Notes: generated by a model not told the origin, from the sequence alone. A stretch of 64,000 bases of DNA from Bacteroidales bacterium (GCA_050953245.1 JBMNMG010000002.1:650903-714902); one strand, 5' to 3'. Counted from the stretch's first letter, positions 9,160-22,285 are shown. A program made the numbers and translations.

Positions 9160-12100
9160 TTACTTATAAGATTGTTCTAATTCTTCTACTTCATCTTTAG
9201 ATGTAACTATTAGGTTGGAGTATTTTCTTAAACCGGTACCGGCAGGAATTTTACCACCCACTATTACATTTTCCTTTAGTCCTAATAAATAGTCGGATTT
9301 TGCTCTTATAGATGCATCAGTTAATACCCTTGTAGTTTCTTGGAAAGATGCAGCTGAAATCCAACTATCCGTTTGTAATGAAGCTTTTGTAATACCTTGC
9401 AATACTTGTTTTGCAGTTGCGGGTCTAGCTATTCTAGATTGCATAATTTTTTTATCTCTACGTTTTAATAGAGAATTTTCTTCTCTAAATGCTCTAGTGC
9501 TTAAGATTTGACCTTCTTCATAATTTTCGGAATCTCCTTTATCTTCTATGTAATGTCTACCGAAGATCCAGTCATTTTCTTCATTAAATTCCGGTTTATT
9601 AACTAAATCTCCTTCTAAGAACTTTGTATCACCAGGATCTAAAATCTCGACTTTACGCATCATCTGACGAACAATAACTTCGAAGTGTTTGTCGTTTATT
9701 TTAACATTTTGTAAACGATAAACTTCTTGGATTTCATTTACTAAGTATTCTTGAACTTTTGTAGGCCCCTTAATAGCTAAGATATCCGCAGGTGTCATAA
9801 TACCTTCTGATAATGATGTTCCGGCCTTAACATAATCGTTTTCTTGTACTAAAATTTGTTTTGAGGTAGGTATTAAATATTTTTTAACCTCACCTGTTTT
9901 AGATGTAACTATAATTTCACGATTTCCACGTTTAGTTTTGGAACTCAATGAAACTATACCATCAATTTCAGAAACAACTGCAGGATCTGAAGGATTACGA
10001 GCTTCAAATAATTCTGTAACTCTAGGTAAACCTCCGGTGATATCACCAGATTTTCCTATCTTCTTAGGTATCTTAACTAAGATATCTCCAGCTTTAACCT
10101 TAGCACCATTTTCTACCATAATACGTGCACCTATTGGTAAGTCAAAGCTTTTTAATATTTCATCTTTAGAATTTACTATGTTAATCATAGGAGCTTTTAG
10201 TTTTTGTTTGCTCTCCATGATAATCATATCTGTAAATCCTGTTTGTTCGTCAGTTTCTGAACGATAAGTAACACCTTCTATAACAGATTCGAAACTAATT
10301 TTTCCGGAAACGTCAGTGATAATGCTAGAGTTATATTCATCCCATTCACAAATTAAATCGTTTCTAGAAACTTTAGAATTTGGTTCACAATATAATTTTG
10401 CGCCATATGGAATATGTGCAGTTGTTAAGGAAATTCCTGTTTTTTCGTTAACAATTCTCATTTCAGCATAACGACCTATAACAACATTGTATTTAGAACC
10501 ATCTTCAGATTTATATGGTATATATCTTAATTCATCTATTTCTAAAATTCCATCATATTTTGCCCTAATAGATGCTTCAGCACCAATTGTACTAGCAATA
10601 CCTCCAACGTGGAATGTTCTTAAAGTTAACTGAGTACCAGGTTCCCCAATAGATTGTGCAGCAATTACTCCAACTGCTTCACCTCGCTGAACCATCTTAG
10701 AAGTAGCTAAGTTTCGACCATAACATTTAGCACAAACACCATGTTTAGATTCGCAAGTTAAAACTGAGCGAATTTCAACACTTTCTATGCCTGCTTCTTC
10801 GATAGCTATTGCATATTTCTCAGTTATTTCTTCGTTAGATTTAATAATAACATCTCCTGTATTAGGATTATAAATATCATGTAAAGCAACACGTCCTAAT
10901 ATTCTGTCAGAAAGTTTTTCTATTACATTTTCGTTTTTCTTATATGCAGTAACAGTTAAACCTCTTAAAGTTCCACAATCTTCTTCTACAATAATAGCGT
11001 CTTGTGCAACATCAACCAATCTACGAGTTAAATAACCTGCGTCAGCTGTTTTTAAAGCTGTATCTGCCAACCCCTTACGAGCACCGTGCGATGAGATAAA
11101 GTATTCCAATACAGATAATCCTTCTTTAAAGTTTGCTAAAATTGGGTTTTCAATAATTTCTCCTCCACTTCTGGTAGACTTTTGAGGTTTTTGCATCAAT
11201 CCTCTTAAGCCGGCTAACTGACGGATTTGGTCTTTAGAACCTCTAGCTCCTGATTCTATCATCATCCATACTGGGTTGAAGCCCTGTCTGTCCGAAGATA
11301 TAGTTTTAACAAGTTCGTTAGTAATTTTAGTAGTTACTTTACCCCAAACGTCAATAACTTTATTATAACGCTCGTTGTTAGTAATTAAACCATTATTATA
11401 ATCAGACCAAATTAAATCAACTTCTTCATTTGCCTCGTCTATGATTTCTTGTTTTCTTTCAGGAATTGTAATATCATTTAAATTAAACGATAAACCACCT
11501 TTGAAAGATAATTTATATCCTAATTCTTTAATATCGTCTAAGAATTCAGCTGTTCTAGATGTACCTACCTTTTTAAGTACTTCGCCAATAATATCTCTAA
11601 TTTGTTTTTTAGTTAATAAAGAGTTTACAAAACCGAATTCTTTTGGCATTACTTCATTGAATAAAACTCTCCCAACAGTAGTGTCAATAATTTCGTATTT
11701 TTTTGTTTCTACATTAAATATACGAACTTTAATGCATGCATGTAAATCTGCACGTTTTTCATTATATGCAATAATTACTTCTTCAGGTGATGAGAAAATA
11801 AAACCTTCTCCTTTAACTTTTTCTTCAGGAGTACTTCTTTTTTCCTTTGTCATATAATATAATCCCAACACCATATCTTGTGATGGTACTGTGATAGGAG
11901 CACCATTTGCTGGGTTTAATATATTATGCGATGCTAACATTAATAATTGTGCTTCCATAATTGCAGCATTACCTAAAGGTACGTGAACTGCCATTTGGTC
12001 GCCGTCAAAGTCAGCATTAAAAGCTGTACATGCAAGAGGGTGTAATTGAATTGCTTTTCCTTCAATTAATTTAGGTTGAAAAGCTTGAATGCCCAAACGG

Positions 12101-13458
12101 TGTAGGGTAGGAGCACGGTTTAATAATATTGGGTGTCCTTTTAGTATATTCTCTAAAATATCCCATACTACAGGATCTTTTCTATCAACTATCTTTTTAG
12201 CAGATTTTACTGTTTTTACAATACCTCTTTCTATCAGTTTTCTAATAATAAAAGGTTTGTATAATTCAGATGCCATCTCTTTAGGTAATCCACATTCATT
12301 TAATTTTAATTCAGGACCAACAACAATTACAGAACGTCCGGAATAGTCAACACGCTTACCTAACAAGTTTTGACGGAACCTTCCTTGTTTTCCTTTTAAG
12401 CTATCACTTAACGATTTTAATGCATTAGCTGTATCTGTTCTCGAAGTAGATTTTTTTCTTGAGTTATCTAATAATGAATCAACTGCTTCTTGTAACATAC
12501 GTTTTTCGTTACGCATTATTACATCAGGAGCTTTTATTTCGATTAATCTTTTTAATCTATTATTCCTTATAATAACTCTTCTGTATAAATCATTTAAATC
12601 TGATGTAGCAAATCTACCTCCATCTAAAGGCACTAAAGGTCTTAATTCAGGTGGAATTACCGGGACAATTTTAATAATCATCCATTCAGGTCTATTTTCT
12701 ATCCTAGTATTAGCATCCCTGAAAGCTTCGAAAACATTTAATCGTTTTAGAGCATCTGCTTTACGTTGTTGTGATGTTTCAGTATTTGCTTTATGACGCA
12801 ATTTGTGAGCTTCAGCATCTAAGTCTATCTGACTTAATAAAATATAAATAGCTTCAGCACCCATTTTAGCCAAAAATTTCTCAGGATCATTATCATTTAG
12901 ATATTGATTTTCTGGAGGAAGTTGATTAATAATATTGTAATATTCATCCTCTGTAATTAGATCCATTTTTTGACTACCATTAATTGGCTCACCTTCTTCA
13001 TTTTTAAGTTCAGCTGCAGGACCTGGATTAATAACGATATACTTTTCGTAGTAAATTACGCTATTTAATTTTTTAGTTTGCATTCCTAATAATGCACCTA
13101 TTCTATTTGGGATTGATCTAAAATACCAAATATGTGCAACAGGTATAACTAATTCGATATGTCCTGTTCTTTCCCTTCTTACCTTTTTTTCTGTTACTTC
13201 TACTCCACATCTATCGCAAACAATACCTTTATATCGAATTCTTTTATATTTTCCGCAATGACATTCCCAGTCTTTTACAGGACCAAAAATTCTTTCACAG
13301 AATAAACCATCTGGTTCTGGTTTATAAGTACGATAGTTTATTGTTTCCGGTTTGGTAACTTCGCCGTAAGAGCGTTCTAAAATTGCTTCAGGAGAGGTTA
13401 AACTAATCGTAATTGATTTAAACTCTTTTGTATTTTTATTTTCTTTATTATAAGCCAT
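9160..13458 (-). CDS. rpoC: DNA-directed RNA polymerase subunit beta'
   Basis: [12 protein letters not shown] catalytic motif, zinc-binding CHCGKY..CDRCG, 1432 aa. Confidence 0.99.
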   Translation of the reverse strand: MAYNKENKNTKEFKSITISLTSPEAILERSYGEVTKPETINYRTYKPEPDGLFCERIFGPVKDWECHCGKYKRIRYKGIVCDRCGVEVTEKKVRRERTGHIELVIPVAHIWYFRSIPNRIGALLGMQTKKLNSVIYYEKYIVINPGPAAELKNEEGEPINGSQKMDLITEDEYYNIINQLPPENQYLNDNDPEKFLAKMGAEAIYILLSQIDLDAEAHKLRHKANTETSQQRKADALKRLNVFEAFRDANTRIENRPEWMIIKIVPVIPPELRPLVPLDGGRFATSDLNDLYRRVIIRNNRLKRLIEIKAPDVIMRNEKRMLQEAVDSLLDNSRKKSTSRTDTANALKSLSDSLKGKQGRFRQNLLGKRVDYSGRSVIVVGPELKLNECGLPKEMASELYKPFIIRKLIERGIVKTVKSAKKIVDRKDPVVWDILENILKGHPILLNRAPTLHRLGIQAFQPKLIEGKAIQLHPLACTAFNADFDGDQMAVHVPLGNAAIMEAQLLMLASHNILNPANGAPITVPSQDMVLGLYYMTKEKRSTPEEKVKGEGFIFSSPEEVIIAYNEKRADLHACIKVRIFNVETKKYEIIDTTVGRVLFNEVMPKEFGFVNSLLTKKQIRDIIGEVLKKVGTSRTAEFLDDIKELGYKLSFKGGLSFNLNDITIPERKQEIIDEANEEVDLIWSDYNNGLITNNERYNKVIDVWGKVTTKITNELVKTISSDRQGFNPVWMMIESGARGSKDQIRQLAGLRGLMQKPQKSTRSGGEIIENPILANFKEGLSVLEYFISSHGARKGLADTALKTADAGYLTRRLVDVAQDAIIVEEDCGTLRGLTVTAYKKNENVIEKLSDRILGRVALHDIYNPNTGDVIIKSNEEITEKYAIAIEEAGIESVEIRSVLTCESKHGVCAKCYGRNLATSKMVQRGEAVGVIAAQSIGEPGTQLTLRTFHVGGIASTIGAEASIRAKYDGILEIDELRYIPYKSEDGSKYNVVIGRYAEMRIVNEKTGISLTTAHIPYGAKLYCEPNSKVSRNDLICEWDEYNSSIITDVSGKISFESVIEGVTYRSETDEQTGFTDMIIMESKQKLKAPMINIVNSKDEILKSFDLPIGARIMVENGAKVKAGDILVKIPKKIGKSGDITGGLPRVTELFEARNPSDPAVVSEIDGIVSLSSKTKRGNREIIVTSKTGEVKKYLIPTSKQILVQENDYVKAGTSLSEGIMTPADILAIKGPTKVQEYLVNEIQEVYRLQNVKINDKHFEVIVRQMMRKVEILDPGDTKFLEGDLVNKPEFNEENDWIFGRHYIEDKGDSENYEEGQILSTRAFREENSLLKRRDKKIMQSRIARPATAKQVLQGITKASLQTDSWISAASFQETTRVLTDASIRAKSDYLLGLKENVIVGGKIPAGTGLRKYSNLIVTSKDEVEELEQSYK

Positions 13459-13484
13459 TTTATATCGTTAAGTGCTATTTATTA

Positions 13485-16400
13485 TTATTCAAAAGTAATT
13501 TCTAATCCTAGACATCTTAATTCATGTACCAATACATTAAAAGATTCCGGTAATCCAGGTTTAGGCATAACATCACCTTTTACAATTGCTTCGTATGCCT
13601 TAGCTCTACCTTGAACATCGTCTGATTTTAAAGTAAGTATTTCTTGTAAGATATTAGATGCGCCAAATGCTTCTAATGCCCATACTTCCATTTCTCCAAA
13701 ACGTTGTCCACCAAATTGTGCTTTCCCACCTAATGGTTGTTGAGTAATCATTGAGTAAGGACCAATAGAACGAGCGTGCATTTTATCTTCTACCATGTGG
13801 TGTAGTTTCATCATATAGATGTAACCTACAGTTACTTTTTGGTCGAATCTTTCACCGGTTCCGCCATCATATAAATAAACTTGGCCGCTATCCGGTAAAT
13901 TAGCTTGTTTAATATATGCATTTACTTCATCTATATCTGCACCATCAAAAATTGGAGTTGCGAATTTTAATCCTAATTCTTTACCTGCCCAACCTAAAAC
14001 TGTTTCATAAATTTGTCCTAAGTTCATACGAGAAGGTACACCTAATGGATTTAAAACTATATCAATAGGAGTTCCATCTTCTAAGAATGGCATATCTTCT
14101 TCTCTTACAATTTTTGACACAATACCCTTGTTACCGTGGCGTCCTGCCATTTTATCACCAACTTTTAATTTACGTTTTTTAGCAACATAAACTTTTGCAA
14201 GTTGAACAATATCTGTAGGTAATTCGTCACCTACCGAAGCAACAAATTTCTCTCTATTAAACTTACCTAAGATTTCTTTGTATTTACTATTATAGTTATA
14301 AACTAATTTAGCTATTAAATCGTTTTTTTCGTTGTCGCTAGTCCAACCATTTGGATTAACGCAAGTATAATCTATTGAAGATAAGTTTTTAACGTTAAAT
14401 TTAGTTTTTTTAGATATTACAATATCTTTGTAATTATTATAAACACCTTGAGAAGTTCTTCCACCAATTATAGAAAAAACTTTTTCTACCATATTTTGAT
14501 GAAGATCATTTGCTTCTTTTTGGAATCTAGAATCAATTTCAGCAAGAATTTCCTTATCTTGCATTCTAGCTTTTCTACTTTTTATAGTTTTTGAGAATAG
14601 ATGTTTATCAATTACTATTCCTTTCATTGATGGTGGTGCCTTTAATGATGCATCTTTTACGTCACCGGCTTTATCACCAAAAATAGCTCTTAATAATTTT
14701 TCTTCAGGTGTTGGATCGGATTCTCCTTTAGGAGTTATCTTACCAATTAAAATATCACCTTCTACAACTTCAGCACCAATTCTAATTAGACCATTTTCGT
14801 CCAAATCTTTTATTGCATCGGTACTTACATTTGGAATATCATTAGTTAATTCTTCAATTCCGCGTTTAGTATCTCGAACTTGTAAACTAAATTCATCTAT
14901 ATGTATAGATGTAAATAAATCTTCTTTTAAAACTTTTTCAGAAATCACAATAGCATCCTCAAAATTATATCCTTTCCAAGGCATAAATGCTACTTTTAAG
15001 TTTCTACCTAAAGCCAATTCTCCATTTTCTGTCCCATAACCTTCACATAATGCTTCCCCTTTTTCAACTTTTTGTCCTTTTTTAACGATAGGACGAAGGT
15101 TAATGCATGTACCTTGGTTAGTGCGTTGGAATTTAGTTAATTTATAAGATTTAGTTGCCGAATCAAAACTAACCAATTCTTCTATTTCATCACGTTCATA
15201 CTCTATTGTAATAGTTGTTGAATCAACGTATTTTACAACTCCATTAGCTTCTGCAATAATAATATTACGCGAATCTCTTGCAACTGCACCTTCAATACCA
15301 GTACCTACAATAGGAGCTTCCGGATTTAATAATGGAACTGCCTGACGCATCATATTAGAACCCATTAATGCACGGTTAGCATCATCATTTTCTAAAAATG
15401 GAATTAATGATGCAGCAATAGATGCAATTTGGTTAGGAGCAACGTCAATAAGTTTTAGATTCTCGTAATCTTTACTAACAATAGGGTAGTCTGCTTGGTA
15501 ACGAGCTTTAATTCTTTCTTCTGTGATATTACCTTTTTCATCTATATTAGTTTTTGCTTGAGCAATAATAAATTCTTCCTCTTCTTCAACTGTCAAGTAT
15601 TCCATTGGTTCTTCTATAAGAACTCTACCATCTTTGATTTTATAGTATGGAGTTTCTAAGAATCCTAATCTATTAATCTTAGCAAAAACACATAACGATG
15701 AAATAAGACCAATATTTGGTCCTTCAGGTGTTTCTATGGTGCATAATCTACCATAGTGAGTATAGTGGACGTCTCGAACTTCAAAACCGGAATGCTCACG
15801 AGTTAAACCACCTGGACCAAGAGCCGAAATTCTTCTTTTATGAGTTAGCTCGGATAGGGGGTTGGTTTGGTCCATAAATTGAGAAAGTTGGTTAGTTCCA
15901 AAGAACGAATTAATAACAGAAGATAATGTTTTTGCGTTTATTAATTCTGTGGGAGTAAATACTTCGTTATCTCTAACGTTCATTCGTTCTTTGATAGTAC
16001 GGGTCATTCTTAATAAACCAACTCCAAACTGATTAGAAAGTTGTTCTCCAACAGTTCTAATACGTCTGTTACTTAAGTGGTCTATATCGTCTACGTCTAC
16101 TTTTGAGTTAATTAGTTCTATTAGATAATTAATAATAGAAATAATATCTTCTTTAGTTAAGATTTTAATATCAGGAGATATATCTAATTCTAGCTTTTTA
16201 TTTATCTTATATCTTCCAACCTCACCTAAATCATAACGTTTATCAGAAAAGAATAGTTTTTCTACTACACTTTTTGCCATTTCATAATCAGGTGGATCGG
16301 CATTTCTTAATAGTTTATAAATAAATTCAATAGCTTCCTTTTCGCTATTGGTTCCATCTTTTTGTAAAGTGTTAAATATAATGGAATAATCTATTGCATT

Positions 16401-17300
16401 TTCAGATGCTTCTTTATGTAATAATATTGTTTTTACACCCGATTCCATTATTAAGTCGATATGTTCAGCTTCTAAAATAGTTTCTCTTTCAATGATAACA
16501 TTAATACGTTCAATTGAAACTACTTCTCCGGTATCTGAATCAACAAAATCTTCTATCCATGGTTTTACAACAGATGCAGCTAATTTTCGTCCTAAAACCT
16601 TTTTTAATCCGGATTTAGAAACTTTTATTTCTTCTGCCAAATCAAAGATTTCAAGAATTTCTTTGTCACTCTCAAAACCTATAGCTCTTAATAGTGTTGT
16701 AACTGGTAATTTTTTCTTTCTATCAATATATGCATACATTACATTATTGATATCTGTTGTAAATTCCATCCATGAACCTTTGAAAGGAATTATTCGGGCA
16801 GAATATAATTTTGTACCATTAATGTGATTGTGTGTACCAAAGAAAACACCGGGAGAACGATATAATTGTGATACAACAATACGTTCAGCACCATTAATGC
16901 AAAAAGTTCCCTTAGGGGTCATATAAGGAATCATACCTAAGTAAACATCCTGAACTATTGTTTCAAAATCTTCGTGCTCTGGATCTGTGCAATATAATTT
17001 TAGTCTTGCTTTTAAAGGTACGCTATAAGTTAAACCTCTCTCAAAACATTCTTTAATTGTATATCTAGGAGGATCAACATAATAGTCGATAAATTCAAGT
17101 ACAAAATTATTTCTTGTATCTGTTATAGGAAAGTTTTCAGTAAATACCTTGTATAATCCTTCATTCTGTCTTTTTTCAGGTGTACAATCTAATTGAAAAA
17201 AATCCTGAAAAGATTTTAATTGAATGTCTAGGAAATCTGGGTATTCAGCTTTAATTTTAGTTTTACCAAAATTAATTCTATTTGTTTTATAGTTTACCAA
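13485..17300 (-). CDS. rpoB: DNA-directed RNA polymerase subunit beta (TTG start)
   Basis: 1271 aa with typical blocks ([43 protein letters not shown]). The frame is closed by TAA 4 codons upstream and has no ATG there, so the TTG at 17300 is the likely start. Confidence 0.98.
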   Translation of the reverse strand: MVNYKTNRINFGKTKIKAEYPDFLDIQLKSFQDFFQLDCTPEKRQNEGLYKVFTENFPITDTRNNFVLEFIDYYVDPPRYTIKECFERGLTYSVPLKARLKLYCTDPEHEDFETIVQDVYLGMIPYMTPKGTFCINGAERIVVSQLYRSPGVFFGTHNHINGTKLYSARIIPFKGSWMEFTTDINNVMYAYIDRKKKLPVTTLLRAIGFESDKEILEIFDLAEEIKVSKSGLKKVLGRKLAASVVKPWIEDFVDSDTGEVVSIERINVIIERETILEAEHIDLIMESGVKTILLHKEASENAIDYSIIFNTLQKDGTNSEKEAIEFIYKLLRNADPPDYEMAKSVVEKLFFSDKRYDLGEVGRYKINKKLELDISPDIKILTKEDIISIINYLIELINSKVDVDDIDHLSNRRIRTVGEQLSNQFGVGLLRMTRTIKERMNVRDNEVFTPTELINAKTLSSVINSFFGTNQLSQFMDQTNPLSELTHKRRISALGPGGLTREHSGFEVRDVHYTHYGRLCTIETPEGPNIGLISSLCVFAKINRLGFLETPYYKIKDGRVLIEEPMEYLTVEEEEEFIIAQAKTNIDEKGNITEERIKARYQADYPIVSKDYENLKLIDVAPNQIASIAASLIPFLENDDANRALMGSNMMRQAVPLLNPEAPIVGTGIEGAVARDSRNIIIAEANGVVKYVDSTTITIEYERDEIEELVSFDSATKSYKLTKFQRTNQGTCINLRPIVKKGQKVEKGEALCEGYGTENGELALGRNLKVAFMPWKGYNFEDAIVISEKVLKEDLFTSIHIDEFSLQVRDTKRGIEELTNDIPNVSTDAIKDLDENGLIRIGAEVVEGDILIGKITPKGESDPTPEEKLLRAIFGDKAGDVKDASLKAPPSMKGIVIDKHLFSKTIKSRKARMQDKEILAEIDSRFQKEANDLHQNMVEKVFSIIGGRTSQGVYNNYKDIVISKKTKFNVKNLSSIDYTCVNPNGWTSDNEKNDLIAKLVYNYNSKYKEILGKFNREKFVASVGDELPTDIVQLAKVYVAKKRKLKVGDKMAGRHGNKGIVSKIVREEDMPFLEDGTPIDIVLNPLGVPSRMNLGQIYETVLGWAGKELGLKFATPIFDGADIDEVNAYIKQANLPDSGQVYLYDGGTGERFDQKVTVGYIYMMKLHHMVEDKMHARSIGPYSMITQQPLGGKAQFGGQRFGEMEVWALEAFGASNILQEILTLKSDDVQGRAKAYEAIVKGDVMPKPGLPESFNVLVHELRCLGLEITFE

Positions 17301-17354
17301 TTTTAGATGGATTTAGGTTTATAATTAAGAAATAAAGAACAAAATAAATACAAG

Positions 17355-17405
17355 ATAAGAAATAGACCATTAATATTGATAACAATATTACGATCTATTT
17401 CTTAT
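17355..17405 (-). terminator. long composite hairpin in the rplL-rpoB spacer (candidate attenuator/partial terminator)
   Basis: Perfect 12-bp outer stem ataagaaataga/tctatttcttat enclosing an 8-bp inner stem taatattg/caatatta. A T-rich tract follows on the minus strand. Confidence 0.5.
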
Positions 17406-17423
17406 TTATAAGGTGTTAAATAA

Positions 17424-17798
17424 TTATTTAACTTCTACTTCTGCGCCTGCTTCAGTTAAAGCTTTGCTTAAGTGATCTGCTTCGTCTTTTGTAACAGCCT
17501 CTTTAAGTGCAGTTGGTGCAGAATCAACTAATGATTTAGCTTCTTTTAATCCTAAACCGGTTAATTCTTTAACTAATTTTACAACTTCTAGTTTTTTAGC
17601 GCCTGCTGCTTTTAAGATAACGTCAAATTCTGTTTTTTCTTCTTCTGCTGCGCCACCTTCTGCTGGAGCTGCTGCCATAGCAACTGCTGCTGCTGCAGGT
17701 TCAATTCCATATTCTGTCTTTAATATTTCTGCAAGTTCGTTAACTTCTTTAACTGTTAAGTTTACTAACTGTTCTGCAAATGCTTTTAAGTCTGCCAT
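17424..17798 (-). CDS. rplL: 50S ribosomal protein L7/L12
   Basis: Ala-rich hinge [20 protein letters not shown] and C-terminal [19 protein letters not shown]. Confidence 0.98.
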   Translation of the reverse strand: MADLKAFAEQLVNLTVKEVNELAEILKTEYGIEPAAAAVAMAAAPAEGGAAEEEKTEFDVILKAAGAKKLEVVKLVKELTGLGLKEAKSLVDSAPTALKEAVTKDEADHLSKALTEAGAEVEVK

Positions 17799-17848
17799 TT
17801 CTTTTATTTTTTATTAGTTTTTTAATCAAAAAATTATTTACTTATTTT

Positions 17849-18370
17849 TTATTCCGATTTTTCGGAAAGAGTTTTTAAGATACCACTTAATTTATTACCA
17901 CCTGATTGAAGTGCTGAAATAACATTCTTAACAGGAGATTGTAATAATGCAATAACGTCTGCAATTAGTTCATCTTTACTCTTAATACTACATAATGTAT
18001 CTAATAGTTCATCACCAATGTAAAACGACTCTTCAATATATGCACCTTTTAAAATAGGTTTCTTTGATGTTTTTCTAAATTCTTTGATGACTTTTGCAGG
18101 AGCACTACTGTTTTCCGAAAACATTAATGCTGAATATCCTTTTAAAAGTTCATTAAATTCTGAAAAATCTATATTAGCGTTTTGTATAGCAATTCTAAGT
18201 AATGCATTTTTTACAACAAGTAATTTTACTTCTCTTTTGTAGCATAACCTTCTTAAATTGCTTGTATCTGTTGAATTTAATTCACCAACATCAGCTAAAT
18301 AGATAACATTTTTAGTATTAAGCATTTCGGTGAGTTGTTCTACATATTCTGGTTTTAATTCTTTTCTCAT
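17849..18370 (-). CDS. rplJ: 50S ribosomal protein L10
   Basis: Position between rplA and rplL, 173 aa, L10-like sequence. Confidence 0.93.
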   Translation of the reverse strand: MRKELKPEYVEQLTEMLNTKNVIYLADVGELNSTDTSNLRRLCYKREVKLLVVKNALLRIAIQNANIDFSEFNELLKGYSALMFSENSSAPAKVIKEFRKTSKKPILKGAYIEESFYIGDELLDTLCSIKSKDELIADVIALLQSPVKNVISALQSGGNKLSGILKTLSEKSE

Positions 18371-18394
18371 TTCTCACAATTTTAATGTTAATAC

Positions 18395-19087
18395 TTAAAT
18401 AATTGATTTAATATCAATTTTTACACTGGGACTCATAGTACTTGAAATGTATACACTCTTCATGTACGTTCCTTTAGTTGCTGCAGGTCTTAACTTAATA
18501 ATTGTAGTTAAAACTTCTTTAGCATTTTCTCTTAATTGCTCTTTATCGAAAGATACTTTGCCTATTGCCGTATGGATAATACCGTATTTGTCAACTTTGA
18601 AGTCTATTTTTCCTGCTTTTACTTCTTTAATAGCTTTCCCTACTTCATCGGTAACAGTACCGGTTTTAGGGTTAGGCATTAAACCTCTAGGCCCTAAAAT
18701 ACGACCTAAAGGACCAACTTTAGGCATTACGCTTGGTGTAGTAATAACAACGTCTATATCTGTCCAACCTTCTTTAATTTTTTGTATGTATTCATCTAAA
18801 CCTACATAATCAGCGCCAGCTTCTTTAGCTTCTTCTTCTTTGTCAGGTGTACATAAAACTAACACACGCTTTGTTTTTCCAGTACCATGAGGAAGGGTTA
18901 CTGTACCACGAACCATTTCATTAGCTTTTCGTGGGTTAACACCTAATCTCACATCTAGATCAACTGAAGCATCGAACTTTGTATAACTAATTTTTTTTAC
19001 TATTTCACAAGCTTCACCTAAAGGATAAGCTTTTTGTTGATCATATTTCGAAAGAGCATCTTGCTTTTTCTTCGCTACTTTAGCCAT
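18395..19087 (-). CDS. rplA: 50S ribosomal protein L1
   Basis: [13 protein letters not shown] ... [16 protein letters not shown]. Confidence 0.98.
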   Translation of the reverse strand: MAKVAKKKQDALSKYDQQKAYPLGEACEIVKKISYTKFDASVDLDVRLGVNPRKANEMVRGTVTLPHGTGKTKRVLVLCTPDKEEEAKEAGADYVGLDEYIQKIKEGWTDIDVVITTPSVMPKVGPLGRILGPRGLMPNPKTGTVTDEVGKAIKEVKAGKIDFKVDKYGIIHTAIGKVSFDKEQLRENAKEVLTTIIKLRPAATKGTYMKSVYISSTMSPSVKIDIKSII

Positions 19088-19105
19088 TCTTAAAAATTTT
19101 AAGTT

Positions 19106-19555
19106 TTACTTTTTGTCGGCAAATGGTTTTTCTCCTTTAATAGTGACTCCCATACTACGAGCTGTTCCAGCTACCATTCTCATACCTGATTCAACAGTGA
19201 AACAGTTTAAATCGGGCATTTTATCAGTTGCAATTTGTTCTACTTGTTGCCAAGTAACACTTCCAACTTTCCTTCTGTTAGATTCAGGAGAGCCTTTTTT
19301 TATTTTTGCAACTTCTTTTAGCTGTACCGCAACAGGAGGAGTTTTAACTATAAAAGAAAAGGACTTATCTTTATAAACAGTAATAACAACAGGTAATACT
19401 TTACCGGCTTTATCTTGTGTTCTACCGTTAAATTGCTTACAAAACTCCATAATATTAACACCCTTAGAACCTAATGCAGGTCCAATAGGTGGTGATGGAT
19501 TTGCAGCGCCTCCTTTAATTTGTAACTTTATATAGCCGCTAATTTCTTTTGCCAT
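19106..19555 (-). CDS. rplK: 50S ribosomal protein L11
   Basis: [35 protein letters not shown]. Confidence 0.98.
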   Translation of the reverse strand: MAKEISGYIKLQIKGGAANPSPPIGPALGSKGVNIMEFCKQFNGRTQDKAGKVLPVVITVYKDKSFSFIVKTPPVAVQLKEVAKIKKGSPESNRRKVGSVTWQQVEQIATDKMPDLNCFTVESGMRMVAGTARSMGVTIKGEKPFADKK

Positions 19556-19603
19556 TTTTAATTAAATTTTTTGTTAATTAATCTGAAGCTGTAGTTTTAG
19601 TAT

Positions 19604-19635
19604 GTTACTATTGATTATTGTTACTATTGATTATT
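19604..19635. repeat. perfect tandem duplication, 2 x 16 bp (gttactattgattatt), followed by a partial third copy (gtt)
   Basis: Read directly. The second copy contains the last sense codon and the stop codon of nusG (minus strand). Confidence 0.9.
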
Positions 19636-20179
19636 GTTCTTTAGAAACTTGCATAAAACCTAGCTCCAAAGGAGTTTTTCTGCCAAAGATTTTTACCATT
19701 ACTTTTAGTTTTTTCTTCTCTTCATTAATTTCCTCAATAATCCCGCTAAAACTATTAAATGGACCATCTGTGACAGTTACAGTCTCTCCTACAATAAATG
19801 GAATTGCTAGGTCTTCACCTTGTTCAGATAGAGCATCAACTCTGCCTAACAATTTGTTTACTTCGGAGGGACGGAGTGGTTCGGGTTTTTTTTGTGCACC
19901 TAAAAAACCAAGCACATTAGGAACGTTTTGAATATATCCTATAACCTTATTATCCATTATTGCTTCAATTAATACGTAACCGGGGAAAAATTGTCTTTCT
20001 TTAATATATTTTTTCCCATTTCGTACTTGATAAACTTTTTCTAATGGAATTAATACTTGAGAAATATATTCACTCAACTCTGAGTTTCTAGCTAAATCAG
20101 TGTCAATAAACTCTTTAATTTGTTTTTCTTTACCACTGATTGCGCGTAGTACGTACCATTGTTTTTTTGCTTGTTCCAT
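19631..20179 (-). CDS. nusG: transcription termination/antitermination factor NusG
   Basis: [14 protein letters not shown]-terminus (NGN) and C-terminal KOW ([21 protein letters not shown]). Confidence 0.97.
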   Translation of the reverse strand: MEQAKKQWYVLRAISGKEKQIKEFIDTDLARNSELSEYISQVLIPLEKVYQVRNGKKYIKERQFFPGYVLIEAIMDNKVIGYIQNVPNVLGFLGAQKKPEPLRPSEVNKLLGRVDALSEQGEDLAIPFIVGETVTVTDGPFNSFSGIIEEINEEKKKLKVMVKIFGRKTPLELGFMQVSKEQ

Positions 20180-20187
20180 AATTTTAT

Positions 20188-20388
20188 TTACACTAAACCA
20201 TAAAACAGTTTCAATAAATTCTCAAATGAGAAATCCATCAAAAACACTGCTAAAGCAATGATAAGGGAAGCAATGGATACTATTATTGCACTGTTTTGTA
20301 ATTCTTGCCAAGTTGGCCACGTTGTTTTGTGTGTCAATTCATTGTAGCTATCGGCAATATATTGAACCATTTTATTTTTTTTTGCCAT
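20188..20388 (-). CDS. secE: preprotein translocase subunit SecE (start moved to ATG at 20388)
   Basis: Single TM helix, position before nusG. The ORF-track start at 20409 runs into tRNA-Trp (20407-20479), so [10 protein letters not shown]... is the plausible start. Confidence 0.85.
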   Translation of the reverse strand: MAKKNKMVQYIADSYNELTHKTTWPTWQELQNSAIIVSIASLIIALAVFLMDFSFENLLKLFYGLV

Positions 20389-20406
20389 ATTTTTAACTTT
20401 TAATTG

Positions 20407-20479
20407 CACGGGTGGTAAGACTCGAACTCACGACTCATGGTTTTGGAGACCATAGCTCTACCAACTGAGCTACACCCGT
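20407..20479 (-). tRNA. tRNA-Trp (anticodon CCA)
   Basis: Hand-folded cloverleaf of 73 nt: acceptor ACGGGTG/CACCCGT, anticodon loop CTCCAAA, T-loop TTCGAGT. No encoded CCA. Confidence 0.9.
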
Positions 20480-20498
20480 ATATAATTTATTGTAGATT

Positions 20499-20550
20499 AA
20501 AGGAGGAATCTAACAAGTAATTATTGTTTAACTTGTTAGACAACTCCTTT
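20499..20550 (-). terminator. hairpin downstream of tuf (terminator or processing signal before tRNA-Trp)
   Basis: 8-bp stem ctaacaag/cttgttag extended by aaggag/ctcctt. No clear U-run follows, so read-through into tRNA-Trp-secE-nusG is possible. Confidence 0.4.
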
Positions 20551-20573
20551 ACCACAATAACTTATATAAAATA

Positions 20574-21761
20574 TTATTCAATAATTTCGGTTACCTGACC
20601 AGCACCTACTGTTCTACCACCTTCACGGATAGCAAAACGTAAGTTTAAGTTCATTGCGATTTCGCTGATTAATTCTACTGTTATTTCTAAGTTATCGCCA
20701 GGCATTACCATTTCAATACCATCTGGTAAATGAATTTCACCAGTTACGTCTGTAGTTCTAAAATAGAATTGTGGACGATAGTTATTTCTAAATGGTGTGT
20801 GACGACCACCTTCTTCTTTCTTTAAAATATAAACTTGAGCTTTAAATTTCTTATGAGGATGTACTGAACCAGGAGCTGCTATAACCATACCTCTGGTAAT
20901 TTCGTCTTTTTCAATACCTCTTAATAATAAACCTGCGTTGTCACCAGCTTCACCGCTGTCTAATATTTTACGGAACATTTCAACCCCAGTAACTACTGAT
21001 TTTAATTTTTCAGCTCCTAACCCAATAATATCAACTGGGTCATTTACTTTAATAATACCAGATTCAATTCTACCGGTAGCAACTGTACCACGACCAGTAA
21101 TTGAAAATACGTCTTCTACAGGCATTAAGAAAGGTTTATCAACATCTCTTTGAGGTAATGGAATCCAATTATCACAAGCATCTAATAATTCTATAACTTT
21201 TTCAACCCATTTTGGTTCTCCGTTTAAAGCTCCTAATGCAGAACCTCTAATAATTGGAGTATTGTCGCCGTCAAAATTATAGAAACTTAGTAAGTCTCTT
21301 AATTCCATTTCAACTAATTCTAGTAATTCTTCGTCGTCTACTAAGTCAACTTTATTCATAAAAACAACGATTCTTGGAACACCTACCTGACGTGCTAATA
21401 ATATATGTTCACGAGTTTGAGGCATAGGACCATCAGTTGCAGCACAAACTAAAATTGCACCATCCATTTGAGCTGCACCAGTAACCATGTTTTTTACATA
21501 GTCAGCGTGTCCGGGACAGTCTACGTGTGCATAGTGTCTGTTTGCTGTTTCATATTCAATGTGTGATGTATTAATAGTAATACCTCTTTCTTTTTCTTCC
21601 GGTGCATTATCAATCGAATCAAATGATTTGAAACTAGCTAACCCTTTTTGTTGTAATGATTGGGTAATAGCTGCAGTTAATGTTGTTTTACCGTGGTCAA
21701 CGTGACCTATCGTACCTATATTAACATGAGGTTTAGTACGAACAAATGCTTCTTTTGCCAT
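20574..21761 (-). CDS. tuf: elongation factor Tu
   Basis: [29 protein letters not shown]. 395 aa. Confidence 0.99.
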   Translation of the reverse strand: MAKEAFVRTKPHVNIGTIGHVDHGKTTLTAAITQSLQQKGLASFKSFDSIDNAPEEKERGITINTSHIEYETANRHYAHVDCPGHADYVKNMVTGAAQMDGAILVCAATDGPMPQTREHILLARQVGVPRIVVFMNKVDLVDDEELLELVEMELRDLLSFYNFDGDNTPIIRGSALGALNGEPKWVEKVIELLDACDNWIPLPQRDVDKPFLMPVEDVFSITGRGTVATGRIESGIIKVNDPVDIIGLGAEKLKSVVTGVEMFRKILDSGEAGDNAGLLLRGIEKDEITRGMVIAAPGSVHPHKKFKAQVYILKKEEGGRHTPFRNNYRPQFYFRTTDVTGEIHLPDGIEMVMPGDNLEITVELISEIAMNLNLRFAIREGGRTVGAGQVTEIIE

Positions 21762-21842
21762 TTCTTTTAATATTTAAGTTTTGTGGAAAAAAATAATTTA
21801 TTATTATTTTTAATTTAATTAATTTTCTTTTAATAAACGCAG

Positions 21843-21914
<72 letters not shown>

Positions 21915-21925
21915 ACATCATCTTG

Positions 21926-21998
21926 AGCGAGAAACGGGACTCGAACCCGCCACCTACAGCTTGGAAGGCTGTCGCTCTACCGGATGAGCTACTCCCGC
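21926..21998 (-). tRNA. tRNA-Gly (anticodon TCC)
   Basis: 73-nt cloverleaf: acceptor GCGGGAG/TTCTCGC (with G-U pairs), anticodon loop CTTCCAA. Confidence 0.88.
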
Positions 21999-22035
21999 AA
22001 TTACAAAAAAAAAGAGCCTTAAACTCAATTTTATT

Positions 22036-22120
22036 TGGTGGGAAGAGGTGGATTCGAACCACCGAAGGCTGCGCCAACAGATTTACAGTCTGCCCCATTT
22101 GACCGCTCTGGTATCTTCCC
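22036..22120 (-). tRNA. tRNA-Tyr (anticodon GTA), long variable arm, 3' CCA encoded
   Basis: 85 nt: acceptor GGGAAGA/TCTTCCC, anticodon loop CTGTAAA, long extra arm, terminal ACCA present in the DNA. Confidence 0.9.
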
Positions 22121-22151
22121 AATAAATTAATCTCTTTTTTTTAAAAAAAAG

Positions 22152-22224
22152 AGCCGATGGACGGGCTCGAACCGCCGACCGGCTGATTACAAATCAGCTG
22201 CTCTACCAACTGAGCTACATCGGC
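22152..22224 (-). tRNA. tRNA-Thr (anticodon TGT)
   Basis: 73 nt: acceptor GCCGATG/CATCGGC, anticodon stem GCTGA/TCAGC, loop TTTGTAA. Confidence 0.9.
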
Positions 22225-22285
22225 AATATGTTAATAGTTACTTTTAACACCTCTTTCATACTAGAGGTGTCGTATAAAAGAGGTG

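Noticed and set aside
9938-16827. Several 85-138-aa opposite-strand ORFs inside rpoC and rpoB (9938-10267, 11441-11857, 12089-12346, 16492-16827). Similar ones lie inside tuf, rplA, rplK, nusG, prs, DPP4, wecB, GT4, the IMPDH-like gene and the giant ORF.
   Set aside because: All are antisense to strongly supported genes and have hydrophobic low-complexity translations. They are typical shadow ORFs in AT-rich genomes.
20389-20409. Extended secE N-terminus (MQLKVKN...) from the ORF track
   Set aside because: These codons overlap the 3' end of tRNA-Trp by 3 nt (20407-20409). The ATG at 20388 gives a normal-length SecE.
22036-22120. Only tRNA-Tyr encodes its 3' CCA, while the other four tRNAs do not
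   Set aside because: This is true in the sequence. A mix of CCA-encoding and CCA-lacking tRNA genes is common in bacteria that have a CCA-adding enzyme, so it is not informative on its own.
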